The notes under the pieces were generated by a model. It saw only the letters and a list, made by a program, of their open reading frames with translations. It was not told where the DNA came from and made no database searches. Shown here piece by piece: positions 46,660 through 56,455 of a DNA stretch of 64,000 nt. The translations under genes were made by a program, and so were the position numbers. Source of the DNA: a candidate division CSSED10-310 bacterium (GTDB lineage Bacteria > CSSED10-310 > JAFGJC01); contig JAFGLW010000026.1 of the NCBI GenBank assembly GCA_016927905.1, forward strand, positions 43,586 through 107,585. The letters run 5' to 3'. Position 1 is the first letter of the stretch. The number at the start of each line of letters is the position of its first letter.

Positions 46660-48272
46660 CAGTCATCCTGCAGCATATCCGGGTTTGTCGGCAACCTGAA
46701 CGAACTCTTTTTCTGTTTCGTCGAATCCATCTTGTTCCGGCTGGTGTAGTCTCTGAGCATGTGATGCGACTTGATGATATTGACCACCCGCCCGGCGGGC
46801 GGATGGATATCTCGAACGATGAACTGAGGATACAACCCGAACCAGCCGATCAGAAATGCGGTCAGCAGAAAGACGGTTTTACCTCCGGGATGGTCCCGGA
46901 CCGCCGAACGCGCCACGATGTCGGATGTCGGACCGGTGAAGATCCGCTGATACATCCATGACATGTACGCGGTGCCGATGATCAATCCGGTCAGCGCTAC
47001 CGCTGCCCAGACCGGTTGAGCCGCCACTGTGCCGCTGAAAATCATAAACAGACCGGGGAATCCACTGAGACCCGGCAAACCCAGGTATGCAAATCCGGCC
47101 AGGAGGAAAAATGCACCCAATCCCGGAAACATCCGGTTCAGCCCTCCGAAATCCTGGATCAGCGAGGTTCCGTAAGTTCTGGATATCCAGCCGATCACAA
47201 GAATAAGCAGCGTATAGGCAAATCCGTGGGCGATGGAGTGGAACAGGCCTCCCAGGATCCCGTTGTTGTTCAGAACAAAGAGTCCCAGGGTGACAAATCC
47301 CATATGGGATATACAGGAGAAAGCCACCAGTTTTTTCATATCGGCCTGGACAAGGGCCAGAAGCGCGCCATAGACGATACTGATCAATGCAAGATAAACG
47401 GCTGTCTGGGATCCGGTAATGACGGCATCCGGGCACAGCGGAATGGAAAACCTGATAAATCCGTACAGACCCATTTTCAGACTGACTGCACCGATAAACA
47501 CCGCAATCGGAATGGATGTCTGATTGATGGTTTGGGAAAGCCAGCTGTGAAAGGGGAAAAGACCCAGCCGGGATGCAAACCCGATCCACAGCAACCAGAA
47601 AATCCATTTCTGGGTGCCGACCGGCAGGTTGAAATTCTGAAAGGCGATCAGACTGAACGAGGGATATCCGGTCATTCTTGAAGCGGTCACGTACAAAAGC
47701 ACAAACGCCAGAATCAACGCCAGCATCCCGGCGAATTGAGACATCAGGAATCGGAGACCGGCGGCACCGACACGTCTTTCATCTTTCTGTGGCAACAGGT
47801 AGAACAGGATTCCAATGGACAATCCCCAGAATACGATGAACAAAAAGATATCCGTAGCTACAAGAAGACCGGAAGTGGCGGAAGTAAGCAGCAGGAAACC
47901 GGCATAGAATGATTTATCCTGAGCCATCGATTCGTGACCCGAAACAGCCAGGCAGATCAGGGATATACTCAGCGTCAATTCAAGAAACCAGTAGCTGATT
48001 CCGTCCAGACCCAGCTGATAATGAACTCCCAGCGTGGCGATCCACGGTATCTTTTCCGTAAACTGATATCCATTGAGCGTAGGTGATTCGATGAAAGGAA
48101 AGACAAGTGATATCAACAGGGTCAGGCCCAGGATCAGTACACTGAAGATGCCGACGGTCCGCGGAGTCGATCTTCTGAAAAAAACGATGAGGAAAGCACC
48201 CGCTGCCGGCAAACCCAGAATCAATGAAAGAAACGGAAACTGACTTCCTGTATCCACGCGATCAACCCGCAC
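46659..48272 (-). CDS. proton-conducting membrane transporter family protein (NuoM/NuoN/MrpD-like antiporter module), divergent
   Basis: ~14 TM. ..FHSWLSQTINQTSIPIAVFIGAVSLKMGLYGFIRF.. aligns to the H-x-W-L-P-D..P-x-S-A-L-I-H-A-A-T..Y-G region of complex I antiporter-like subunits, but with the conserved His/Thr replaced. Confidence 0.7.
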   Translation of the reverse strand: MRVDRVDTGSQFPFLSLILGLPAAGAFLIVFFRRSTPRTVGIFSVLILGLTLLISLVFPFIESPTLNGYQFTEKIPWIATLGVHYQLGLDGISYWFLELTLSISLICLAVSGHESMAQDKSFYAGFLLLTSATSGLLVATDIFLFIVFWGLSIGILFYLLPQKDERRVGAAGLRFLMSQFAGMLALILAFVLLYVTASRMTGYPSFSLIAFQNFNLPVGTQKWIFWLLWIGFASRLGLFPFHSWLSQTINQTSIPIAVFIGAVSLKMGLYGFIRFSIPLCPDAVITGSQTAVYLALISIVYGALLALVQADMKKLVAFSCISHMGFVTLGLFVLNNNGILGGLFHSIAHGFAYTLLILVIGWISRTYGTSLIQDFGGLNRMFPGLGAFFLLAGFAYLGLPGLSGFPGLFMIFSGTVAAQPVWAAVALTGLIIGTAYMSWMYQRIFTGPTSDIVARSAVRDHPGGKTVFLLTAFLIGWFGLYPQFIVRDIHPPAGRVVNIIKSHHMLRDYTSRNKMDSTKQKKSSFRLPTNPDMLQDD

Positions 48273-50322
48273 CTTTCAGAAATGCCATATATAACAGAAC
48301 CAGAAGCATAATGGCAAAACCAGTCACGACCGCCAGGGCGGTGAACCATTTGGAACCGGAATGGATTCCGCGAAGGAGCTTGTTGCATATTGCGGCGAGC
48401 GCTGTCGGGCCATGTACCAAAATACTATCAAAAAACCACCGGTCAAATGCAACAGTGAACTCACTCCATTTCCTGCCTGCCGTTGAAATCCATACGAAAA
48501 GAAACTGGACGATCCAATCGTCGAATATCCAGAGGTATTCGCCGATTTTTTTTACGGGAAGCACGAAAATCCATGACATCAGCCGGTCGATCCACAAATA
48601 CTTTAATGCGGCATATTCCGGAACGGATTCCCTGATCGTCCGATCGGATTGTCGCTTTTTCAGAAGATTTCCGGATTTCAAACCCGCGGCGAATGCCAGG
48701 GCGATACCCAGCGCGGGAATAAACGCTGTTTTCCAGCCGGTTCCGGTTTTCAGGAGAGCGGATACCGGTGCGCCCGGGAATGCAGGAATCAGCATGTCGG
48801 ATCCCCTGATGAGCATGGAACAGAACACGGCGGATCCGGTGATGCTGAGTATGGCAAAAACCAAAGCCCATCCGGATGAGGATGCTGCGCCGCCTGCGGG
48901 GCGATGGCTGAACAGCCTGGTTGTCACCCTGCCGAAGCAAAAGACCAGCATCAGGCCCAATATCGCTGTGAGCCATATATGAATCGGGTCGGCCGGGTAT
49001 TCATGCAGGAACACAAGCCCGGCCGGAAAACCTCCGAACGGCGGCATCCAAAACAGCGTCAGGCAGCCGACCGTCCAGGATAGATCCCGGATGTGGAGAT
49101 GTGCCCGATGACGGGTGGATTCGATTCGACCGGAAGATCCGGATTGCGGGCCTGAATCCCTGAAACCGGGGGAACGTTCCCCGGCTTCAGAAGTCAGCCA
49201 GACAGCCGTCAATGCTGTTACAGCGATAAACAATACCAGCGCTTCTTCCGCCGGTTTCCCCAAACTGAAAAACAGAGTCAGCATTCCGCAGACGAGAACC
49301 GGAAGCTGTTGTAAAATCGATTTCAGATCGGGCAGCCGTGACATCAGAAAGAGTGCCAGTGCCATGGTCAACAATCCGGAAATACGCAGGAGGGTTCCAC
49401 CGAAATGTACAGCGGAAATGAGGTCTGCGTTCCGGATATAAATCAGCAAATACACGGGTATCAGGGCGCAGAAAGTCATTACCCTCAACGGATACGGGCA
49501 GTCCGAAAGATGCCGGGTCCATCCCGCGAACACCAGCCCCGCCGTTTTGATGGTCACTGCGGCCCAGAGACAAAGTATCACGGCAGTTAATTGGGCGGGG
49601 ACTGTTCCGTGGGTAAAAGCGGCGGTGAAGGAATGAAGTTGGTAGTTGTTGATGAAACCGTAATTCGTCTGGAGAAACAGGACCGCGGCCAGCAACAGGA
49701 CATCGGCGATCAGCAGCGCCGGCAACGGCAGGCTTCTGAATCCGGCGTTTGATTCACCCGTCACATTGAACTCCGAAATCAGAAAAACGGCAACCGATAT
49801 GCCCACCGATCCAAACAATCCGGTCCAGAGTGATCCGCTCAAAATGAACAATGCCGTCATGCCGAACGCAAAATGAATCAGGCTGTAAATCTTCCATTTC
49901 TGTTGATCCGGCATCGGAACGCGGGGAACGAACGAGTGGGCCGCAAGGGCGGTCAGAGCGGCCAGAAATACCATCACAAGCGATATTCTGTCCAGATGGA
50001 AAATGACATTGCACTGGAGCCAGGGATTCTGGATCCATGTCCAGATATGGGAGATGACGAATCGGCCGGAACCACCCTTGGATGCCATCTCGAAAATGGC
50101 ACCCAGGGAAATCAGGCAGGTGGTTGAAATTACCGCTGCAGACAGTTGCCTGATGCGTTTAATGGCTGCCGGCTGCCTGAAAATCAGATTAATCAGAGCC
50201 GTCGCCAAAGGCAGGAGCGGAATCAGCCAGATGAACTGCGATGTTTTCAACGGCAATCTTCCCTGGTTTTCGAAATGTCTCCATCCGGGACGATACCGGA
50301 ACGTGATCCGAATGGCATGCAT
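48262..50322 (-). CDS. NuoL/MrpA-like polytopic membrane protein, highly divergent
   Basis: N-terminus ..FIWLIPLLPLATALINLIF.. resembles the NuoL/MrpA N-terminus. ~18-20 TM; 686 aa. Confidence 0.55.
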   Translation of the reverse strand: MHAIRITFRYRPGWRHFENQGRLPLKTSQFIWLIPLLPLATALINLIFRQPAAIKRIRQLSAAVISTTCLISLGAIFEMASKGGSGRFVISHIWTWIQNPWLQCNVIFHLDRISLVMVFLAALTALAAHSFVPRVPMPDQQKWKIYSLIHFAFGMTALFILSGSLWTGLFGSVGISVAVFLISEFNVTGESNAGFRSLPLPALLIADVLLLAAVLFLQTNYGFINNYQLHSFTAAFTHGTVPAQLTAVILCLWAAVTIKTAGLVFAGWTRHLSDCPYPLRVMTFCALIPVYLLIYIRNADLISAVHFGGTLLRISGLLTMALALFLMSRLPDLKSILQQLPVLVCGMLTLFFSLGKPAEEALVLFIAVTALTAVWLTSEAGERSPGFRDSGPQSGSSGRIESTRHRAHLHIRDLSWTVGCLTLFWMPPFGGFPAGLVFLHEYPADPIHIWLTAILGLMLVFCFGRVTTRLFSHRPAGGAASSSGWALVFAILSITGSAVFCSMLIRGSDMLIPAFPGAPVSALLKTGTGWKTAFIPALGIALAFAAGLKSGNLLKKRQSDRTIRESVPEYAALKYLWIDRLMSWIFVLPVKKIGEYLWIFDDWIVQFLFVWISTAGRKWSEFTVAFDRWFFDSILVHGPTALAAICNKLLRGIHSGSKWFTALAVVTGFAIMLLVLLYMAFLKGAG

Positions 50323-50517
50323 GTCGACTTACGATGGATCATCAGGCCGGCGCAACCGAGCATTAACAGCAGTATACTCAGGGCAAAAACCGAATGCTGG
50401 GTAATCATGATTCTTGATCCGACGGTCCGGCAAACGGGCGGTTGCCGGATCGCGGGTTGATTGAAATCAATTCCGAAACAATCATGATCACTTCAAACAG
50501 ATAATAGATTAAAGGTT

Positions 50518-52347
50518 TCATTCCGAAATGTCGATTCCGTGCAATCGGGCTGAACCGCATGATTCGGGCGAAGCCAGGATCGGGAAGATATCTTCAGGTT
50601 CCCGGTACCGGAGGATGGCGCAACCCTCCGGTGCGGTTTCCGTGATATGGCACAATCCGAACAGGGTTCCCCCGGATGTTTCGATCCGGATTCGGCCGGC
50701 GTCCGCCAGGCCGAAATGTTCTGCACGGGAAGGATGAATATGGACAACCGTTGTGATTGTTTTGTTGAGAAGTCTCGATATTTCCGGTGGAATGACGGCA
50801 AGACCGGGCTCAATTTTCTTGAAATAAAGCGGAATCTCATCCCGGGCCACATCCGCCCTTGAGTTGTTCTCCCGGATTTGAAACCGGATCCCGGGCAAAT
50901 CGCCGATGCTGAAATCGTCGGGGATCAGAATGGATGGCAATTCCGTATCCGCCAGAACCGGCTGGGATTCGCCCGAAAGCACCGATCGCGGGCTGACATT
51001 CAGGAAACCGGGGACGCAATCGACCATGTCTTTCAGTATGTTTTCGAATGAAAGGGGTTCTTCAGCGGTTTTGAGATCGCAGAGCCAGTGAGCGGGGAGT
51101 TCCCAATCCGAATAATATCCATCGGAAACATCATGGAGTTTTATTTTACGGAGATTGGCATCGGAATTTATCACGGTTCCGCCGGCCGAACCGGCAGGTG
51201 CCAGCGGCCACCAATATCGGCTTCCGGGTTCAAAAACCTGTCCGGCTCCAGCGAGCAGTTTCAGCCTTGATAACCGGCCCGATGACAACACACTGGGTGG
51301 AAACAGCTTGCTGGGCGGTTTCCCCAGCCATATCAAAGCTTTCAATTCCCCCGATTCCAGTTTTTCCGGGAGATCCGACAGGGACAGGCCGGGTTTTTCG
51401 GGAATCGGTGATTTCCAGCATTCGGAAAACCATGTTTTGCCTGCACTGCTGGAAATCGGCACGTATCCGGGCAGGTGATCCGGGGAGATGCCCGTCAGGC
51501 TGATCCCCAGCGGGTTCAACGTATCAAATATCCAGAAGATACCGTTTCCCGGTGAACCGAGATGCCCCGTGGCCATGATCAGATTCAGAATATCAGATAC
51601 AATCGCGTTCCGGTAATAATCCGGGGTGTCGTCGTTTCTGATGATGGTGACGATATGCTGGTATCGGGAGAACAAAAGAGCTGTCTGGTTGATTCTTTCG
51701 GCGGGGATTGCCCATCGTTCCGCAACCGATTCCGGTGTATATTCCCTGCACTGTTTCAGCAATCTCTGGAATCCTTCGTTATCACGCCAGATGATCTGGC
51801 GGTCCGTTCCGCCGTGAAGGTGGATCGTTCGAAGAATGGCTCGGAGCAGATCGCTTTCGGCCTGGAGTGAGGTGTTGAAATGTACGTCGGCAAGATCCGA
51901 CAGGCGGCTGGTTTCGGGATCCCAGAGAATGATTTTCTGATCGGTATGATCTTTGTTCTGGATGAGTATATCTAAAATATCCGGCCGGCTGTGTTCCAGG
52001 GTTGTGTGGAATATGCAGACAACATCCGCCTTTCGAATCCAGTCGATGCGCACGGACTGGGGAAGCATTCCGATGGTGTTGAATGTTGCGTGACTTGCAT
52101 TCCAGGAGATTTCCGGGCCGGAAGTGCCGATCAGGTTGTTTGTTCCCAGGATTAACCGGAAGAATTTCTGGAACAGGTAGGCTGCTTCATTGCTGATATC
52201 GGAGGATACAATACCTGCGATTGCATCTGGACCATCCGTATTGCGTATATCCAGCAGATCCCGGTAGAAGTAACGAAAGGATCCGGACAATTCCCCGCCC
52301 GGTTCCGTTCTTTCCAATTCCGCAATACACTCGGCCATCATCAACAA
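50518..52347 (-). CDS. molybdopterin (Mo-bisPGD) oxidoreductase-like protein lacking the N-terminal Fe-S Cys motif (possible cofactor-less NuoG-C-terminal-like pseudo-enzyme)
   Basis: ..SDISNEAAYLFQKFFRLILGTNNL.. matches the Mo-oxidoreductase NE[DE]xY..QK..R..GTNN block. The C-terminal region resembles the molydop_binding beta-barrel. No CxxC clusters anywhere. Confidence 0.6.
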   Translation of the reverse strand: MLMMAECIAELERTEPGGELSGSFRYFYRDLLDIRNTDGPDAIAGIVSSDISNEAAYLFQKFFRLILGTNNLIGTSGPEISWNASHATFNTIGMLPQSVRIDWIRKADVVCIFHTTLEHSRPDILDILIQNKDHTDQKIILWDPETSRLSDLADVHFNTSLQAESDLLRAILRTIHLHGGTDRQIIWRDNEGFQRLLKQCREYTPESVAERWAIPAERINQTALLFSRYQHIVTIIRNDDTPDYYRNAIVSDILNLIMATGHLGSPGNGIFWIFDTLNPLGISLTGISPDHLPGYVPISSSAGKTWFSECWKSPIPEKPGLSLSDLPEKLESGELKALIWLGKPPSKLFPPSVLSSGRLSRLKLLAGAGQVFEPGSRYWWPLAPAGSAGGTVINSDANLRKIKLHDVSDGYYSDWELPAHWLCDLKTAEEPLSFENILKDMVDCVPGFLNVSPRSVLSGESQPVLADTELPSILIPDDFSIGDLPGIRFQIRENNSRADVARDEIPLYFKKIEPGLAVIPPEISRLLNKTITTVVHIHPSRAEHFGLADAGRIRIETSGGTLFGLCHITETAPEGCAILRYREPEDIFPILASPESCGSARLHGIDISE

Positions 52348-52452
52348 CCCGATCCCGGATCCTCGGACAGAAGCAATATGCGTTACCCGTGAAATCCGCT
52401 TTCAGTTTAATCTCAAATTCATCCAAAGACAATCGGATGCCGGAGAAAAGGC

Positions 52453-53187
52453 CTATGGTTTTTTGCTCCGGGAACGTGTTCTGCCGGGTTGTTTGGATTT
52501 GACCCTTGAGATCTTTTTGGGTTTCGAAGCAAGAGCTGTTTCCAGGTCGCCGATTTTCTGTTCCAATGCTGCCAGACGGTTCTGCATGTCCTTGAATGCC
52601 GCCACGGACACGCGCCGCCGGTGTTTGCGTTTCCGGTCTTCCTGTATTTGATTCCAGTATTTCTGGATATCCTCCAGCAGGTAATTGGTTTTTCGGGCGT
52701 AGATGCGGGGATCCTGGATATGACCCGATCTGACCAGAGCCCGTAATTTGCTGCGGGATACGCCCATTTTTTTCAATTCCTGTACGGAAGCGTATTGGTC
52801 TGATTTGAAAGGCACCCGTTTCGGTCGTTTATTCAGAAAAGCATCGATATCGGATTTGAGAAACAGGTTTTTCCGACCGATGGTCTTAGCCGGTTTGATT
52901 TTGCCTTTTCGAGCCCACAGCCGGACGGTTTGCTCACTGATATTCCCGACCCGGGCGATATCTTCGACGCTGTAGTTAACCGATTTGTCATAGGATGGAC
53001 CGCCGATACGCAGCCGGGCTGCATGCCCGAAAATATATTTGGGAATACCGTTCCAGAAATGGCTGTCTTTCAATACAATTACTTCATTGCATCCGCAGGC
53101 ACACCGGTGCTTGCCGGTTTCCTTCTCATGGAATGTCTTCAGATCGTGATATTTTTTCCTGATCACATTTTTATCCAGCACAATCAA
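52453..53187 (-). CDS. DNA-binding protein with two excisionase/MerR-type HTH_17 domains and a basic coiled-coil C-terminus
   Basis: Two copies of the Y-S-V-E/Q-x-L-x-x-V-S-x-x-x-V-R-x-W pattern. Lys/Arg-rich tail. Adjacent to an AT-rich non-coding region. Confidence 0.55.
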   Translation of the reverse strand: MIVLDKNVIRKKYHDLKTFHEKETGKHRCACGCNEVIVLKDSHFWNGIPKYIFGHAARLRIGGPSYDKSVNYSVEDIARVGNISEQTVRLWARKGKIKPAKTIGRKNLFLKSDIDAFLNKRPKRVPFKSDQYASVQELKKMGVSRSKLRALVRSGHIQDPRIYARKTNYLLEDIQKYWNQIQEDRKRKHRRRVSVAAFKDMQNRLAALEQKIGDLETALASKPKKISRVKSKQPGRTRSRSKKP

Positions 53188-53816
53188 CCCCTCCTTTCCC
53201 GGAATATCTCAGCTTCCCGATTTGAGGTCGAACCCGGGAATCCGTCCATTCCGAATCGCCATATCCAGCTTCCGCTGCATCAGCCTTGATTAATTAACTT
53301 CTTCAACTATTTATTAAATCAAAAAAAAGTTTCTTGTCAAGTTTCAACCATTGGGGAATAATAATAGATTGAAAACCGGTCTGGAAATCCGTTGATTTAT
53401 CTTTTGAATCTTGTGTCGGGAGGGGTGTTGAAATTTTTCCGAAAGAAGCGGGAACAGGAAGAATCGGTATGCATTATTTCCGGATTCGGTACAATCAATA
53501 ACATACTGGCGTGAGGGACACCAAGAAATGAAATAATTGCTACAATGTCTGCAGATTTGTACGCATTTGGAATCAGCCGGTCGATCCGGTGTGCCGCCAA
53601 TCGGTTTTCCGGTTTTCAGATACATTTCGATTGATATAATCCAGGCTGCACTCAATTTGATTGTCATCGGTATTTATTTCTTCATTTCCGCCGTTCTGGT
53701 CCCGGCAGCAGAACCCCGACGCCGACCTTCACTATCGCGACCGATCCCACAGCCATATTGGCCGGGCAGGCATCCCATTCTTGCCCGGGATTCCGGTTTG
53801 ACCGGGTATCCGGCAA

Positions 53817-54263
53817 TCACGCCCCGATAATTTTAACCAGCACCCTTTTGGGTCTCTGCCCGTCGAATTCCCCGTAAAAAATTTGTTCCCACGGTCCGAA
53901 ATCGAGTTTCCCGCCGGTGATGGCGATGACGACTTCCCGGCCCATGACCGTTCTTTTCAAATGCGCATCCCCGTTGTCTTCTCCCGTTCGATTGTGTCGG
54001 TACCGGCTGACCGGTTCATGGGGTGCGAGTTGTTCCAGCCATTGATCAAAATCGTTTAAAAGGCCGGGCTCCGCGTCATTGATGAACACGCTGGATGTAA
54101 TGTGCATGGCATTTACCAGGCACAGTCCCTCCCGGACGGCACTCCGTTTCACCAGGGATTCCACCTGGGGTGTGATGTTGATGAATCCGCGGCGCCGGGG
54201 AACATGAAAGGTCAGGTAATCGGTCAGCGATTTCACCAGTTTACCTCCGGTCCTGAACGGCAA
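53817..54263 (-). CDS. YjbQ/UPF0047 family protein (secondary thiamine-phosphate synthase-like)
   Basis: ..[82 protein letters not shown] matches the family across its whole length. Confidence 0.8.
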   Translation of the reverse strand: MPFRTGGKLVKSLTDYLTFHVPRRRGFINITPQVESLVKRSAVREGLCLVNAMHITSSVFINDAEPGLLNDFDQWLEQLAPHEPVSRYRHNRTGEDNGDAHLKRTVMGREVVIAITGGKLDFGPWEQIFYGEFDGQRPKRVLVKIIGA

Positions 54264-55203
54264 AATAGTCGGATGATGTCTGATACCGGCATTCCAGGTC
54301 GATCAGTTCGATGATTTTGGACGGCAGATTATCCTCACCGGTATTTGTTTGGGTGAGTTTGGCTATCTGCCATGTGGACCGTTCCAGTCGATGCCCGGTT
54401 TCCGAAAACAGGATTAAACCAGAACCGCTCCATTCCGTTCGCCCGGGTATGGAGCTCAGGTCTGATATGAGGGAAATTGAACAATTCAAGGCAAACGGGG
54501 CGGACGGTTCGGAAGGCTCGTGATCATCCCGGCCGAATGTCATCGTTCCCCGGATGTTACTGAATTGATGTGCAGCGGCAGTGTAGTCCGGGAAAGGTCC
54601 CGATTCCGTGTCGCCCGGTTTCAGATTTCCCCTGGGAAGGGCGAAGAGGATTTGGAGAACCAAAAGGGTGTCGCGTGTGGTTGGATCGGTTGTCTTCAGC
54701 AGCTTTCCGGAAGGTTCCAGGATGAACTCGGCGACGCGGGTCAGCCGACCCATTTCGGGAGTAATCTGCACCGGCTGTCCATATCGGATCAGTTCTATCA
54801 TCTGAAGGTACAGGCTGCCGGCTGCCGACCGGTCGTTCACGGTCTTTAAAATACACTCCCCTCCGAGGGTCTCCCGGTGTTCGGCGCTTCGAAGCCATGT
54901 CTGAGTTTTAAAATCAAAAACTTCTTTTTGGGCGCGAAGTGATTGTTTGACGGCGTATATGAAATCGGTTTCCCGGACGAACCGCCAGTAATCCGGCTGG
55001 AATTGATCCGGTGCCGCGGTCGTTCGGGGAAACGGTGTCGACCGGGGGGGGAGCGGGGTGGAAGAATCATCGGAGAACGTGGCCGGACAGACGAGGCCGC
55101 TCATCACCGATAGCCACAGAAACCATCCCGGAAACGGCCGGTAATAACCCTCAGGCAGTGTTTTTCTCCATAAACTGCACAATTCTCGATAATCCCTCTC
55201 GAA
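54241..55203 (-). CDS. hypothetical secreted protein (start uncertain)
   Basis: The ORF in the track overlaps the aminotransferase stop by 150 nt. An internal ATG at 55203 gives a signal-peptide-like N-terminus (..[19 protein letters not shown]). Confidence 0.4.
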   Translation of the reverse strand, partial: FERDYRELCSLWRKTLPEGYYRPFPGWFLWLSVMSGLVCPATFSDDSSTPLPPRSTPFPRTTAAPDQFQPDYWRFVRETDFIYAVKQSLRAQKEVFDFKTQTWLRSAEHRETLGGECILKTVNDRSAAGSLYLQMIELIRYGQPVQITPEMGRLTRVAEFILEPSGKLLKTTDPTTRDTLLVLQILFALPRGNLKPGDTESGPFPDYTAAAHQFSNIRGTMTFGRDDHEPSEPSAPFALNCSISLISDLSSIPGRTEWSGSGLILFSETGHRLERSTWQIAKLTQTNTGEDNLPSKIIELIDLECRYQTSSDYFAVQDRR

Positions 55204-56362
55204 TATCATCCGCACTGGAAGCATAGGAGAATCGAATGTGCTGGCCTTCATCCGGCACACGGGGGCCGAAATGGATATCCGCCAGGCAGGCGACACCGGC
55301 CTCATACAGCAGCCGGATCCGGAACGCCTCTGAATCCTTGCATCCTGTCAACCGGCAGGCATCGGTAACATTCGGCCAGACGTAGAAAGCCCCGCCGGGT
55401 TTCCTGCAGGATATGCCCGGAATAGCATTCAATCCGGGGACAATGATGTCCCGGCGTTCCCGGAATATGCGGGCCATTTCCTGAACTTCCGCCTGTGGAC
55501 CGGTCAGTGCAGCGGCGACTGCCACCTGGTTGGGATGGGGGGCGCAGGAGTCGGAGTTGGTGACCAGGCGTGTGATATGGGGAGCCAGCACGGTGTTTGC
55601 CATGTATCCGATCCGCCATCCGGTCATGGCGTAAGTCTTGGATGCGCAATCCACAACCACGGTCCGGTCCTTCATTCCAGGTACGGAAGCTATGGAAGCG
55701 AATGGGGCATCGAAAACGAGATTGCTGTAAACTTCATCGGCGTACACCCAGATGTCGTTTTTGATGCATATATCCGCAATCTCCTCCAGTTCCGCCTTGC
55801 TCAGCACGCCGCCGGTGGGATTGTGTGGTGAATTGAGAATCAGCAGTTTGGTTCGGGGTGTGATTTTTTCGCGGAGTTCCCCGATATTGAAGTTGAAATT
55901 CTTGTCTTCCCGGAGGTACAGCGGCACCGGAACCGCACCCATTCCCTTGATCATGGATTCGTAAATGGGAAACCCGGGATTGGGAAAAATGACTTCATGG
56001 CCCTTACCGGGATCGGTAACGGCAAATATCGTGTACCATATGAACGGTTTGCCGCCGCAAGCGATCACGATATCGTCAGCCGTGTAATCCAATCCCCGGG
56101 TGGATGTGAAATACTGGGCTGCAGCTTTTCGCAGAGCGGGAATTCCGGATGAGGGTGTGTAGCCGTGCAGTCCGTTGTCGATCGCTTCCTTGGCGGCATC
56201 ACAGATATGTTTCGGGGTTTTGAAATCAGGCTGGCCGATACAGAAATTCATGATCTTTTTGCCCTGGGCGATCAGGTCGTTGACTTCCTTCAGTACAACA
56301 AATGCATTCTCGGTTCCCAAACCACCCATGCGTTCTGAGACAGTGCCTTTCGCTAAAGTCAT
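55151..56362 (-). CDS. pyridoxal-phosphate-dependent aminotransferase, class I/II (AspC-like)
   Basis: ..NSPHNPTGGVLSK.. ..SKTYAMTGWRIGY (PLP-Lys block). 403 aa. Confidence 0.9.
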   Translation of the reverse strand: MTLAKGTVSERMGGLGTENAFVVLKEVNDLIAQGKKIMNFCIGQPDFKTPKHICDAAKEAIDNGLHGYTPSSGIPALRKAAAQYFTSTRGLDYTADDIVIACGGKPFIWYTIFAVTDPGKGHEVIFPNPGFPIYESMIKGMGAVPVPLYLREDKNFNFNIGELREKITPRTKLLILNSPHNPTGGVLSKAELEEIADICIKNDIWVYADEVYSNLVFDAPFASIASVPGMKDRTVVVDCASKTYAMTGWRIGYMANTVLAPHITRLVTNSDSCAPHPNQVAVAAALTGPQAEVQEMARIFRERRDIIVPGLNAIPGISCRKPGGAFYVWPNVTDACRLTGCKDSEAFRIRLLYEAGVACLADIHFGPRVPDEGQHIRFSYASSADDIREGLSRIVQFMEKNTA

Positions 56363-56455
56363 AACAATATCCTCCTTGAAAAATATGATGCTTTAACCTT
56401 GTATCACATCGGCGGTTGCCGGGCAAGACCGCCCCGAATCCAGGCATGACCGGGT

